Origin: Candidatus Eiseniibacteriota bacterium
Lineage (GTDB): Bacteria; Eisenbacteria; RBG-16-71-46; CAVPCR01
NCBI GenBank assembly: GCA_963823555.1
Contig: CAWGMA010000004.1
Coordinates: 352,001-416,000 of the forward strand
Length of the DNA stretch: 64,000 nt
Reading direction: 5' to 3'
Below, piece after piece: positions 52,801 through 62,838 of the stretch; position 1 is the first letter of the stretch; each line of letters opens with the position of its first letter. Made by a program: the position numbers and the translations under genes. A model generated the notes under the pieces. It ran no database searches and was not told the origin of the DNA. It saw nothing but the letters and a program-made list of their open reading frames with translations.

Positions 52801-52942
52801 CTCCGGCTATCGTGCGCTGTGGGCCTACGTCGATTTCGTGCGCACGTTCGGGCTCTCGACCTGGGTCACGGATCAGGATCAGCTCGAGCAGCTCCTCCCC
52901 AAGCCGACCGGAATCGGGCGCTGGATGCGGAACGCGATCTAG
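49886..52942 (+). CDS. Large exported phospholipase D superfamily protein
   Basis: GGAGG RBS, signal peptide; HRKIAFYD (HxKx4D), second HLK plus GSHN...DGE; beta-strand-rich N-terminus. Confidence 0.65.
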   Translation: MNGTSLGRRSAGAVCILLLMAFAAQGIVLADEGWVPPEEPDTKSMGFPRHWRPSVGAMLDWERRGPGSELGGEIHGAIYKDLINPATNVAGITGEGYATWVDDDTDGGLRLFLSSPAAMFHLGLDYSFGNDQVDFVFSLTPAFRRGGLFGLGDHLRIDWYPERDHSFMFGFGIPLEKNMGKTRPKAKKVTLPKKSGSPSDEIELAADVQNALENLDHAARWVQVYTAPFLDLEMGTDEKRLAAIQERIDAAKAHYHQQGDLYPAGHTAAAERAVYHQELERAFALAGAGDAAAHVAAEARAILLDQVFVPYNRLLGQRKERDSLLGYAADAERDFAAWLETTPEIAANKRPALAQVFHQVVRILDDCRELTHKRWEDSRLVWMSLDLVLQPEDHDSQGELDALLAKVVDEPFSDANDILYLKNELFQIELAKGVLAARDYHVLWIHDYRGLNAIKEPDRVAFLQTVQVYLRALTERVREFDQTKQLASYFIFLDQMYYEANQGQLWLALLADPLHHEVDLPEGYEDWEAEIESAQESLRAAVDSSAALSAGRELYGDDWLRNRVSVHVNITNPADVSFRSDDLAKYINFAPDLVMRDHRKIAFYDISELDPGRGAAIFTGEGVGEHYAGPTWDDRAMLVRGPAILGLKEAARDLLRSQGFKAEEIPAPFRAQALPDDYDLKLVALREKGWRATALQVHNVTGFGPKAATVAKAAQYNLMPAGSFLMIPDSLWNSTLWGSMLCGAALRGCQVAVVCPSLTNAPSDGLPQMSRTTELYTRFLLINREFGDELRAAGGSLHTGIYDHDVASGDHARSMRMLSENLARNAFLRQAFPFDDEVIAGLAAMADTLDAMGYSERHLAEDVLERKPKLHLKVQFMATREVIPNLAPRPEWLDFLREYTMVHVQQVEERGMPVDARGIREAIREPATALIENWWQGLTNEEREHAALYMTIGSHNQNYRSVIMDGEVLVAVSGYRALWAYVDFVRTFGLSTWVTDQDQLEQLLPKPTGIGRWMRNAI

Positions 52943-52964
52943 GTCGGGCCAGGAGCGAAGGCCG

Positions 52965-54284
52965 ATGTACTCATTCCCGCGGCGCCTCATCCTGCCCGCT
53001 GCGTTCCTCGCGGGTCTCCTCCTCGGCGCACTCCCTGCGCCGCCGGCGGCAGGCGGTGCGGGGTGGACCACGCTGCCCAATGCCCCGCCGGTGGGGGGGC
53101 ATGAGGACATCTTCTTCGTCAACCCCGATGTCGGCTGGGTGGTGAACGGGGCGGGAATGATCAATCGGACTACCGACGGCGGCGACAGCTGGGAGCTGCA
53201 GGATGACAAGCCGTCCTATCTGCGGAGCGTCGGCTTTGCGGACACGCTCACCGGCTGGGTGGGGAGCCTCGATGGCGTGCCGCTTCTCTATGCCACGACC
53301 GATGGCGGGGTGGCGTGGTCCCCGGTGCTCGATATCCCGGAACCCCAACCCACCGGGATCTGCGGTATCTGGGTCGTCAATCGATCGGTCGTCTATGCTT
53401 GCGGGAAATATAACGGCTCGTCGGCGCGCGTGATCAAAACCACGGACGGCGGATCGAGCTGGACATCCCAGGACCTGGTCCCGCTCGCCAACAGCCTCAT
53501 CGATTGCTTCTTCTTCGACGAGAATCACGGCTTCGTGGTGGGGGGGATCGGCCTCGGAGATGCCCGCCGGGCTGTGATCCTGGGCACCACCGATGGCGGC
53601 GCCACCTGGACCACGCGCCACACGACCGACCGCACCGCCGAGTGGTGCTGGAAGATCTCCTTTCCCACGGCGAGCGTGGGTTACGTCTCGATCGAGCGCT
53701 TCAACGGACCGACCTATTTCCTCAAGACCACTGACGGCGGCGAGACCTGGGAAGACCACCTCTTCAACAGCGCCTACATCGTGCAGGGCATCGGTTTCTC
53801 GACCCCCGACCTGGGCTGGATCGGTGGGCCGACCGGCCCCACCTACGAGAGCACCGACGGCGGCGAGACCTGGCAGCTGGCGGGGTTCGGCGTCCACATC
53901 AACCGCTTCCGCTTTCTCGGACCCTCGATCGGCTACGCCGCGGGCTCGACGGTGTACAAGTACACGACGAGCACCGGGATCGCCGGAGCGGCACCGCCGC
54001 CGCCGGAGCCCATCGAGCTCGCCCCGAACCATCCCAACCCGTTTCGGGGCTCGACCACGCTCTCCTACACGCTCCCTCGCGAGGCCGACGTCCGGATGAG
54101 CCTGGTCGACGTGCAGGGAAGATGGATCGCCACCCTGGTCGATGCCCATCGACAGGCGGGCACGCACGATGTGCGCTGGGACGGGCGGGACTCGAGCGGC
54201 CGTCCGGTAGGCGCCGGGATCTACTGGTACCGTCTGGAATCGGGTCGCCAGGTCGAGGCCCGGAAGCTGATGATCGTCAAGTAG
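52965..54284 (+). CDS. Secreted YCF48-like Asp-box propeller protein with FlgD-Ig/T9SS-like C-terminal domain
   Basis: Repeated TTDGG..W; NHPNPF...WDGRDSSG..VGAGIYWYRL...RKLMIVK. Confidence 0.85.
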   Translation: MYSFPRRLILPAAFLAGLLLGALPAPPAAGGAGWTTLPNAPPVGGHEDIFFVNPDVGWVVNGAGMINRTTDGGDSWELQDDKPSYLRSVGFADTLTGWVGSLDGVPLLYATTDGGVAWSPVLDIPEPQPTGICGIWVVNRSVVYACGKYNGSSARVIKTTDGGSSWTSQDLVPLANSLIDCFFFDENHGFVVGGIGLGDARRAVILGTTDGGATWTTRHTTDRTAEWCWKISFPTASVGYVSIERFNGPTYFLKTTDGGETWEDHLFNSAYIVQGIGFSTPDLGWIGGPTGPTYESTDGGETWQLAGFGVHINRFRFLGPSIGYAAGSTVYKYTTSTGIAGAAPPPPEPIELAPNHPNPFRGSTTLSYTLPREADVRMSLVDVQGRWIATLVDAHRQAGTHDVRWDGRDSSGRPVGAGIYWYRLESGRQVEARKLMIVK

Positions 54285-54442
54285 CCGAGCCGGCCTCGCG
54301 CGATGATCACCCGCCGCGGGCGTCCCTGGAGCACGGGGGAGCCTTGTTCGACCAGGTTCGTCCTCATCGGGTGAGATTGGACGCTCCGGAGAGGGCCAGG
54401 ATCCATGGCTCCGCCCCTGCCGGCTGGCACCCGGCGGCGATA

Positions 54443-54492
54443 TGTTTCCGCGGAAACACCTGACTCCCGCGTCACCTGTTTCCGCGGAAGCG
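54443..54492. repeat. Two tandem 16-bp palindromes, parS-like
   Basis: TGTTTCCGCGGAAACA at 54443-54458 (perfect palindrome) and TGTTTCCGCGGAAGCG at 54477-54492. Confidence 0.6.
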
Positions 54493-54520
54493 AGTTCCCG
54501 TAGCCAATCCGACCCTTGGC

Positions 54521-54576
54521 GAAAAGAAAGATCCCGGCCTGACGGGGCTGTGCCCAATCCGTTCAGGCCGGGATCT
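54521..54576 (-). terminator. Terminator hairpin downstream of tRNA-fMet
   Basis: AGATCCCGGCCTGA...TCAGGCCGGGATCT inverted repeat followed on the minus strand by TTCTTTTC. Confidence 0.75.
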
Positions 54577-54583
54577 CTTCTGT

Positions 54584-54660
<77 letters not shown>

Positions 54661-54676
54661 TCAAGTAGGGAAACGG

Positions 54677-54705
54677 ACCCTACCGGGGGGCCCAGCTGGT
54701 GTCAA
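54677..54705 (-). promoter_or_regulatory. Sigma70 promoter for tRNA-fMet
   Basis: TTGACA-N17-TAGGGT just upstream of the tRNA. Confidence 0.65.
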
Positions 54706-54768
54706 GGTGTGTTGCGGGACCGGGCCCCGAGCTCACCTTGATCGTCTTCCCTGGCAGTAAGTTAGTGC

Positions 54769-54858
54769 TGGCGGAGGGGGTGGGATTCGAACCCACGGTC
54801 CGCTTACGCGGACAACGGTTTTCGAGACCGCCCCGTTCGACCTCTCCGGCACCCCTCC
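54769..54858 (-). tRNA. tRNA-Ser(CGA)
   Basis: GGAGGGGTGCCGGAGAGG...GCGGT-CTCGAAA-ACCGT, long variable arm, GTTCGAATCC, CCA end; 90 nt. Confidence 0.97.
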
Positions 54859-55130
54859 AAGTGCGGATTGTATAACCGATTGCGCTCTCCGGTGCAATCG
54901 CCTGCACGGGCCGACCTATCTCCATGCGGGGCGAAGCCGGACGGTCCCCTCCTTTCGCCTGTGGCTCATCCAAGGTCCCGGCCGGCCGATAAGTCGAAGG
55001 GGTCCGGGCTCGCCCGGCCCCGAACCGCCGCCGGCGACCCGGGACCTGGGGCAGAGTTCTCCCCGCCGCACCTGCCCGCCGCTTTCGCCGGCCCACCTAG
55101 GGCACCCACTTGCGAGGCAGGGCAAGAACC

Positions 55131-56444
55131 ATGGCTCGTCCTCAGCCATCCCCTTGGGTTCCGATCCAGCAAGCCACCGAGACCGCCCGCGAGGCGATCG
55201 ATTCCGCCGCCCGCAGTCTCGCCGCGGGGCATCCCCGCGATGCGCTGCGTGCCGCCGGCTGGGCCTGGCACGAGCAGCGCTACCTGCGGGAGGCCTACGA
55301 GGTGGCCACCCGCGCCGCCAACGAGGTGGGGGAGGAGGAGATCGCCCGCGCGCTGAACGCGGTCCTCGGCCAGCCCCTGAGCGCCGGCATGTGGCTCCAG
55401 GCCGGATGGGCGCTCATCGATCAGGGCGCCAGCGATCTCGCCGTGCCGCTCCTCGAGGAGGCCTACCGCCTCGATCCGGAAAACCCGGAAGTGCGCGAGT
55501 CCCTCGTCATCGCCTACTCGGACGAGGGGCGCCATCATGATGTCGTGACGCTCGCGACCAGCATGACGCTTGCCGAGCGGCCGTCGCTCGCCTTCCCGCT
55601 GGCCTGGTCGGCGCTCATGACACGCCGCGCGGAAACCGCGGAACGCGCGCTCGCCATGCTCACCAAGGTGGCCGAGAAGACGCCCGAGCTCCGGGGCATC
55701 CAGGGCAAGGCATCCGCTGCGCTGGAGCGCTATCGCGCCTTTCCCCCGGCCGATGATGTTCGCCACTGGCACTACATTCAATATGGGGGGGTCACGCTCG
55801 ACGTGGCCTCCGATCTGGACCTGGCCGGGGGTCGCTACAATCTCATGAGCTTCACGCAGCCGCATGTGGCGAGCATTCTCCTGCGCCTGATCCGGGTCTG
55901 CGAGGTGCTGGAAGTGCCGCTCGGGCCCTGGGGCTTCGTCTCGCGCGATGGTGAGGTGATCGCGCGCACGCTGGGCCTCCTCACCAACACCCCGATCGTC
56001 TACGGCATTCCGGCCGAGGGCTGGCTTGTTCTCGGCGACCCACGCGAAGTCGATCCCAAGCGTCACCAGGGATTCAGCCCATCCGATCCGGCGCTACGCA
56101 CGTTCGCGCTCAGCTTTCCCTGGACCCACTGGGGACCGCGCGTGACCGACGTGACCGGGGCCTGGACGGAGCTGGCCGTGTTCCCGTGGAACGGTGGCTG
56201 GCGAAGCGCGGCCGGAGGGCGGATCGTTCGCGACGTCCCCATGGACCGGCGCCCGCCGGCGGAGATCGCCATCGATCTGGCCGCCGTGGCCGGGACCGTG
56301 CCTCCACTCGGCCAGGAGCTGGCCGACTTCGTCCTACCGCGGCGGAGCCTCCTCGTTCTGACACAGCGGAACGTGCTCCGCGGGTTGCCCTACGTGCCCG
56401 ACGCACCGCTTCCGGCGGCGTCGATGAACGGGATGCTCGAGTAG
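55131..56444 (+). CDS. TPR-containing hypothetical protein
   Basis: A.PLLEEAYRLDPENPEVRESL TPR-like helices; C-terminal half not recognised. Confidence 0.65.
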   Translation: MARPQPSPWVPIQQATETAREAIDSAARSLAAGHPRDALRAAGWAWHEQRYLREAYEVATRAANEVGEEEIARALNAVLGQPLSAGMWLQAGWALIDQGASDLAVPLLEEAYRLDPENPEVRESLVIAYSDEGRHHDVVTLATSMTLAERPSLAFPLAWSALMTRRAETAERALAMLTKVAEKTPELRGIQGKASAALERYRAFPPADDVRHWHYIQYGGVTLDVASDLDLAGGRYNLMSFTQPHVASILLRLIRVCEVLEVPLGPWGFVSRDGEVIARTLGLLTNTPIVYGIPAEGWLVLGDPREVDPKRHQGFSPSDPALRTFALSFPWTHWGPRVTDVTGAWTELAVFPWNGGWRSAAGGRIVRDVPMDRRPPAEIAIDLAAVAGTVPPLGQELADFVLPRRSLLVLTQRNVLRGLPYVPDAPLPAASMNGMLE

Positions 56445-56462
56445 GGGACGAGCGCCCCCTCC

Positions 56463-57407
56463 CTAGAAGGTGAGGTACGCGCGCGCCGGCGGAGGCGTGG
56501 AGCGGATTCCGGTCAGCTCATGAGCAAAGGAGGCGAACGATACGTTCGTCACTCCTGCTGTTCCGGGCTCCGCGTGCTCAGCCTCGATCCTGGCCGTGTC
56601 CCCGTAGCGGACCATGTGCCCGGCCAGATCCGCGATATGCACGGCGCGGTTGGATGGAACCCCCGCCCTTTCGAGACGCTGTGCGTACTCCCGCTCGCTG
56701 ACCTCGACCGCTTCCACTTCGTGCCCCAGCGCCTCGGCCAGCACGAGGGCCATTTCCCCTGGAGTGAGCACTTCGGGGGCGACCAGGTTCATCGACTCGG
56801 CCCCGGTCGGTCCCCGCGCCAGCGCCATGAGCGCGGCGCTGGCCACATCGGAGGCGGCGACCAGGGGGAAGGGTGCGTCCACGGGGGCGGGAAGAGCGAG
56901 CGTGCCGCCCTCGATCTCCCCCCACAGGAGGGACAGGTTCTCCATGAGGAACGCCGTGCGCAGGAAGCTGTAATCGATCCCGGTGTCCGCCAGCTGTTGC
57001 TCGAACTCGGCCTTGGCGGAGACCACCGCACGGCGCGCCGCCGGCCCATGCTCCGCCCTGCCCGATGTCTCCTTCGCGCCGCCGGCCACTCCGAGCACGG
57101 AGAGGTAGACCACATGGTCGATGGTCGATCCGAGGTGAGCTTCGGCCACGGTCCGGCCCAGCTTCACCTCATCGGCGGGGTTCTCCAGGAGCGGTGTGGC
57201 AATGAAGCTCGCCAGTGCTTCGCGCAGGAAGAGGGCGAGACGATCGGATTCGAAGAGGCTGCCCTTGATGACCTGGACGCCGAGATCGATCAGGTGGTCG
57301 GCACGGAAGGGGGAGCGGCAGAGCACGCGCACAGGGTGGCCGCGGCGGCACAGGCGCGGCACCAGGAGGCCTGCGATCCGCCCGGCGGGGCACGTAACGG
57401 CAATCAT
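56463..57407 (-). CDS. NmrA-like NAD(P)-binding protein
   Basis: MIAVTCPAGRIAG (degenerate Rossmann loop), HVVYLS, K..FEQ.L, LRTAFLMEN, VAASDVA. Confidence 0.8.
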   Translation of the reverse strand: MIAVTCPAGRIAGLLVPRLCRRGHPVRVLCRSPFRADHLIDLGVQVIKGSLFESDRLALFLREALASFIATPLLENPADEVKLGRTVAEAHLGSTIDHVVYLSVLGVAGGAKETSGRAEHGPAARRAVVSAKAEFEQQLADTGIDYSFLRTAFLMENLSLLWGEIEGGTLALPAPVDAPFPLVAASDVASAALMALARGPTGAESMNLVAPEVLTPGEMALVLAEALGHEVEAVEVSEREYAQRLERAGVPSNRAVHIADLAGHMVRYGDTARIEAEHAEPGTAGVTNVSFASFAHELTGIRSTPPPARAYLTF

Positions 57408-57636
57408 GCGTCCCCCCGTTCCGACTGCTCCCTGCAGTCGCGAGAGGCGAGCGGGCGCGCACCGCGGCCGGGATGGCCTTTTCAGGACGGCGGCACCCGT
57501 CCCGATCGAGAGCATGAAGTCCCGGGCAGGGCGTGGACTTCGATTCCACGCTACGCCCGCGGGCAGGGCTTGTCCAGCGGATTGGGGTTCCGCTGACCAT
57601 GAGGTGCGGGCTACCTCGGAGTCGATGACGTCGCGG

Positions 57637-58005
57637 CTACTTCTTCTTGCTGGCCGGCTGTAGCTCGCTGTAGATGTAGATCTCCTCGCCCTCGCGCGAG
57701 TACCCGTGGACCTCGCGCGCCACTTCCTCGACGGCCTCGCCGGATTCGAGCCGTTGGCGTTGGGTCTTCGATTGCTCGTGTTCGGCCTCGAGAGCGGCGA
57801 GCTCGGCCTCGAGCTGCGTCTTCTTGTGCTCGAGGCGCCAGACCGAGAAGAAGCCGCGCGGCGAGAAGACGAGTTCCCAGGCGAGGACACCGAGCACGAG
57901 CAGGAGGAGCCACTTGCGGATGGGGATGGGGGCCCGCCGGCGGTCCTCCGGGTGCCAGTAGTTGTTCTCACCCGGGAAGGAGCCCTGGTTGATCGGCTGT
58001 CCCAT
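57637..58005 (-). CDS. ftsB: Septum formation initiator (FtsB/DivIC family)
   Basis: One TM helix, coiled coil, VEEVARE.HGY.REGEEIY; canonical position after eno. Confidence 0.85.
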   Translation of the reverse strand: MGQPINQGSFPGENNYWHPEDRRRAPIPIRKWLLLLVLGVLAWELVFSPRGFFSVWRLEHKKTQLEAELAALEAEHEQSKTQRQRLESGEAVEEVAREVHGYSREGEEIYIYSELQPASKKK

Positions 58006-58065
58006 CGCGTTGCCCCTCTCTGCCGGTCGGGCCGCCCGCCGGCCTTCAAGTCGAAAGACGCGGTT

Positions 58066-59448
<1,383 letters not shown>

Positions 59449-59571
59449 TCATCCGATCATGCGGCGGACTGCCGGGGACCGGCAATGCTCGTCGGCTGCT
59501 TGTTGGGAAACGGTCGGCTCGCGCTGGCGAGCAGGTGGGGCACGGGCGGCGAGGTTGCTTGCCGCGACGGC

Positions 59572-59600
59572 ACGCTAGCGCGCTGGCCGGGCGGTGTCAA
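59572..59600 (-). promoter_or_regulatory. Sigma70 promoter for eno-ftsB
   Basis: TTGACA-N17-TAGCGT. Confidence 0.6.
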
Positions 59601-59778
59601 GGTGAGCGCCACTCCCTGGCAGACGGCATGTCGAGGTCCGTCACGATGGGATAGAGCAGAGGGCGGCGAGACACCTGTTCCTTGGTTCCCGCCGCCCTCT
59701 CGTGCCGGTGGCGCGCGCTCGGTTGCCGGCGCTCGAGTCCCCCGGCAGGGGCGATGATCTCGCCTCGCTGGAGCCCTG

Positions 59779-60771
59779 CTAGCGCATCAGCTGGCGGCGC
59801 TCCGAGCGGGTCGGGATCCCGTACTTCTTGAGCTTGCGATACAGGGTCGCGCGGCCAATCCGGAGCTCGCGCGCCGCCCGCACCAGATTTCCGTTGTTGC
59901 CGTCGATGGCGGCCCGGATCGCTTCGTCTTCGATCTCCGACATGGTCCGTGGCCGGTGCCCGGCCGACGGCGTCTCGCGCAGCGGCGGCTGGAGAGCCAG
60001 TGGCAGGTTGTCCGAGTCGATCTCGACCTGGTCCGGCGGGGAGAGAAGACAGGCTCGCTCCAGAAGCGAGTGGAGCTCGGTCAGGTTCCCGGGCCAGTGG
60101 TAGGCGCGTAGCGCCGAGAGCGCATCGGGAGTCAATCGCCTGACCGTGAGGCCTTCGTGCGACGCGATTTCCTCGAGGATGGCCTGGGCGAACGCGTCGA
60201 GGGACTCGCGCTGCGCACGCAGCGGCGGGATCGCCACCTGCATCCTCCCCAGGGCTTGCCCGAGTGCCGGCAAGACGAGACCGCCGCGGACCAGGGCGGT
60301 GACGCCACTCTGGGACCAGGCCATGACGCGGGGGAAGGGAGTCACCGTCCGCAGCCCTTCGAGATGACGCAGATCGGTGCGCTGCAGGTAGGCGAGGATC
60401 TCCTCCTGATGCTCCGGCAAGAGGCGCTCGGGAGAGCAGAAGAACAGGGTGCCGCGGCCCTGGATGAGCTTCGGCGATCGGCCCGGCGCGCAGTCCTCGC
60501 GCTGAAAGGAACCGCTCTCGGTCGCCGCGTCGTGAATGACCTGTGCCAGCCAGGCCGCTCCCGTGCCGATCTCCCCGGTGATCCATAGCGGCTCGTGCGA
60601 TCGCGCGACCTTCTCGATCGCCTCCATCGCCCGCACCTCACGCGGCTCATTCTGGCCGGGAAGCGTCAGCATGACATGGAGCGGTCCCAGGAGACGGTAG
60701 AGATCCTGGTTCGACTCCTTGCGGCCCGGGTTGGCTCTCGTCTCCTTCTCGGTCAGTCCGGAAATCAGCAT
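59779..60771 (-). CDS. Degenerate sigma54-activator-like protein with Fis-type HTH
   Basis: ITGEIGTGAA (Walker A lacking Lys), IPPLR, YHWPGNLTEL, GNLVRAARELRIGRATLYRKLKKY; no GAFTGA. Confidence 0.8.
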   Translation of the reverse strand: MLISGLTEKETRANPGRKESNQDLYRLLGPLHVMLTLPGQNEPREVRAMEAIEKVARSHEPLWITGEIGTGAAWLAQVIHDAATESGSFQREDCAPGRSPKLIQGRGTLFFCSPERLLPEHQEEILAYLQRTDLRHLEGLRTVTPFPRVMAWSQSGVTALVRGGLVLPALGQALGRMQVAIPPLRAQRESLDAFAQAILEEIASHEGLTVRRLTPDALSALRAYHWPGNLTELHSLLERACLLSPPDQVEIDSDNLPLALQPPLRETPSAGHRPRTMSEIEDEAIRAAIDGNNGNLVRAARELRIGRATLYRKLKKYGIPTRSERRQLMR

Positions 60772-61219
60772 GGTTCCCTCCCAGGGCCGCTCCTCACCCG
60801 CGCCCCGGCCCACAGGCTGGGGGGGCTCGCCTGGCCCCGATCCTCAGGGTTCAATGTTCGGTTCTGGTCAAGCGGCAAGCCTGGTGAGGCCCAGGGCCGG
60901 CCCATGCCTCCGCCTCGCGTGGCCGCACCGGTCAGGCATTCCCAAGGGCGCAAGGAGGGAGGGCTGTGGATGGATCCCCCGCGGAAGCCTCGACGGTGCA
61001 GCGGGTCGGGTCACCGGCAGCCGGTCACCTGACCCAACTCATGTTTCGACCGGTGTGGAGATGTCCCTTAGGGAAACGTTCTTGATATGAGGCGGCACGA
61101 CTCGATTGGAGGCAGCTCGCGGAACCCCGGGCGGAGGGAGGATGCGGGGGAAAAACTGCGAGCGGCCGGGCCTGGGCACCGACCGCTCGCTCCGGGGGGA
61201 GAACCGGATGAAGGCGAAG

Positions 61220-61555
61220 TTAACGGAGGGAGTGTTTCGAGAGCTTGTAGCGCAGCGTGGCCTCCGGCACCTTCAGCGTGTCGGCCGCGACGGCGATGTT
61301 TCCCTTGGCCTGCTGCATGGCGGCCTGAATGAAGTACGACTCGACATGATCGAGGACTTCTCTCAGGCCGTAGCGCGGGCTTCCGGCCTCGATATCCAAT
61401 CGGTACTGCTCGAGGAGTCCGGCCAGCGAAGTGCGGAACGTCATCTCGCTGGTCACTTCGTCGACGAGGCGAAGTAGACGCTGATTGGTGTCGAGGGCAT
61501 CGCGGCTGGCCTTGTGCAGTTCCGCCGCCACTGATTGCAACGAACGTCGTTTCAT
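61220..61555 (-). CDS. Small Fis-family HTH protein
   Basis: LREVLDHVESYFIQAAMQQAKGNIAVAADTLKVPEATLRYKL. Confidence 0.75.
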   Translation of the reverse strand: MKRRSLQSVAAELHKASRDALDTNQRLLRLVDEVTSEMTFRTSLAGLLEQYRLDIEAGSPRYGLREVLDHVESYFIQAAMQQAKGNIAVAADTLKVPEATLRYKLSKHSLR

Positions 61556-62075
61556 TTTCTCTCAGCTCGATTCTTCAGCGGGAATGTGGATTGTTCGTGC
61601 CGGCCAGCCGGCTCTCAACTGGTATATGGTAGCGCCGGATGGCGCCGGCCGCAAACCTGAAAATCCTGCGCCTGGGAGCCAACAGTGGCAGTCGGCGGTT
61701 GGCAGCAAGGATTTGAGGGCGGGGTGCTGGGCCCGGTCTGGGGGCCCGGCCTCGGGTCGTGCCGGGCCTCGGCGGTTGGCCCGTTTGGGGGGCCGCCCGG
61801 AACGCTCCTCGCGGCTCTCACCGGGCTCGACTGCCCCCTGGCTCGGGCGCCGGCCCGCCGGCCCGCGGGCGGGCCGGCCGCGGGTCGGCGGGTCCGGCAG
61901 CCGCCCCGCGGCCTCACCGCGGATCCCGCCGCGAGAGGAGCCATCCGAGCTGAGGGCCTTGGGAGGCACGGTAGCCGGCGGCCAACGCTTGACGCCTCCC
62001 CCTGGTATCGGGTTCTCTCCACCTCGTGCAGCGCATGCTATCGGCCTTTCATGGCCGGCGGTCGGCTCCCAGTCC

Positions 62076-62675
62076 ATGAGCGCATCTCAATCACCCTCCT
62101 CTCAGGATGATGCCCGTTTCATCGCGCGCGCCCTGGCCGGCGATGAAGCGGCATACAGCGAGCTTCTGACTCGCTATCGCGCCCGTGTCATGGGGCTGGC
62201 TCTGCGGATGGTGCAGAACTCCGATGACGCCGCCGATATCGCCCAGGAGGCATTCGTCCGGGCGTTTCAGTCCCTTGCGAACTTCGATGTCACCAAGTCG
62301 TTCGGAGCCTGGATCGCCAAGATCACGGCGAATCTGTGCATCGATCACTTCAGGCGGCGGCGCGTGCCGATCGTCTCCATGGATATGCCGTTCGACACAG
62401 AACGTGGTGAGCGCCCGCGCGAGTATCCCGATGAGCGCCCGATCGCCGACGAGATCGTCAGTCGCCACGAGGCCGAGCAACGACTCGATGCGATCATCGC
62501 CGCGCTCCCTCCCCGCTATCGCGTCGTGGTGCTGCTGCGCTACAAGCAAGACCTGGCCTATGAGGAGATCGCCGAGACCCTCGGCATCCCCCTCGGTACG
62601 GTGAAGGCGCGGCTCCACCGCGCCCATCACCTGCTCAAGCGGCGCCTGGCCGGGGTCCGGGAGGAAACGCCATGA
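62076..62675 (+). CDS. ECF RNA polymerase sigma factor (SigW/RpoE-like)
   Basis: DAADIAQEAFVRAF, F.AWIAKITANLCIDH.R, LAYEEIAETLGIPLGTVKARLHRA. Confidence 0.95.
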   Translation: MSASQSPSSQDDARFIARALAGDEAAYSELLTRYRARVMGLALRMVQNSDDAADIAQEAFVRAFQSLANFDVTKSFGAWIAKITANLCIDHFRRRRVPIVSMDMPFDTERGERPREYPDERPIADEIVSRHEAEQRLDAIIAALPPRYRVVVLLRYKQDLAYEEIAETLGIPLGTVKARLHRAHHLLKRRLAGVREETP

Positions 62676-62747
62676 CGCTCCGGAGCCCCGCGGCGTCCCG
62701 TTTCCAGGCAGGGGAACCGGGTGATTGGGGTCCGGCGTCGCGGCACC

Positions 62748-62774
62748 TGCAACCCGGGTCCCGGCCCCGGCGTA
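62748..62774 (+). promoter_or_regulatory. ECF-type promoter upstream of the anti-sigma gene
   Basis: TGCAAC-N17-CGTA, close to the SigW-type TGAAAC-N16/17-CGTA consensus. Confidence 0.5.
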
Positions 62775-62838
62775 TGGTGATGGTAGAAACGATGTTGATA
62801 GCCCCCAGGCTTCATAAGGGTGGAACCGAGCGTCGAAG

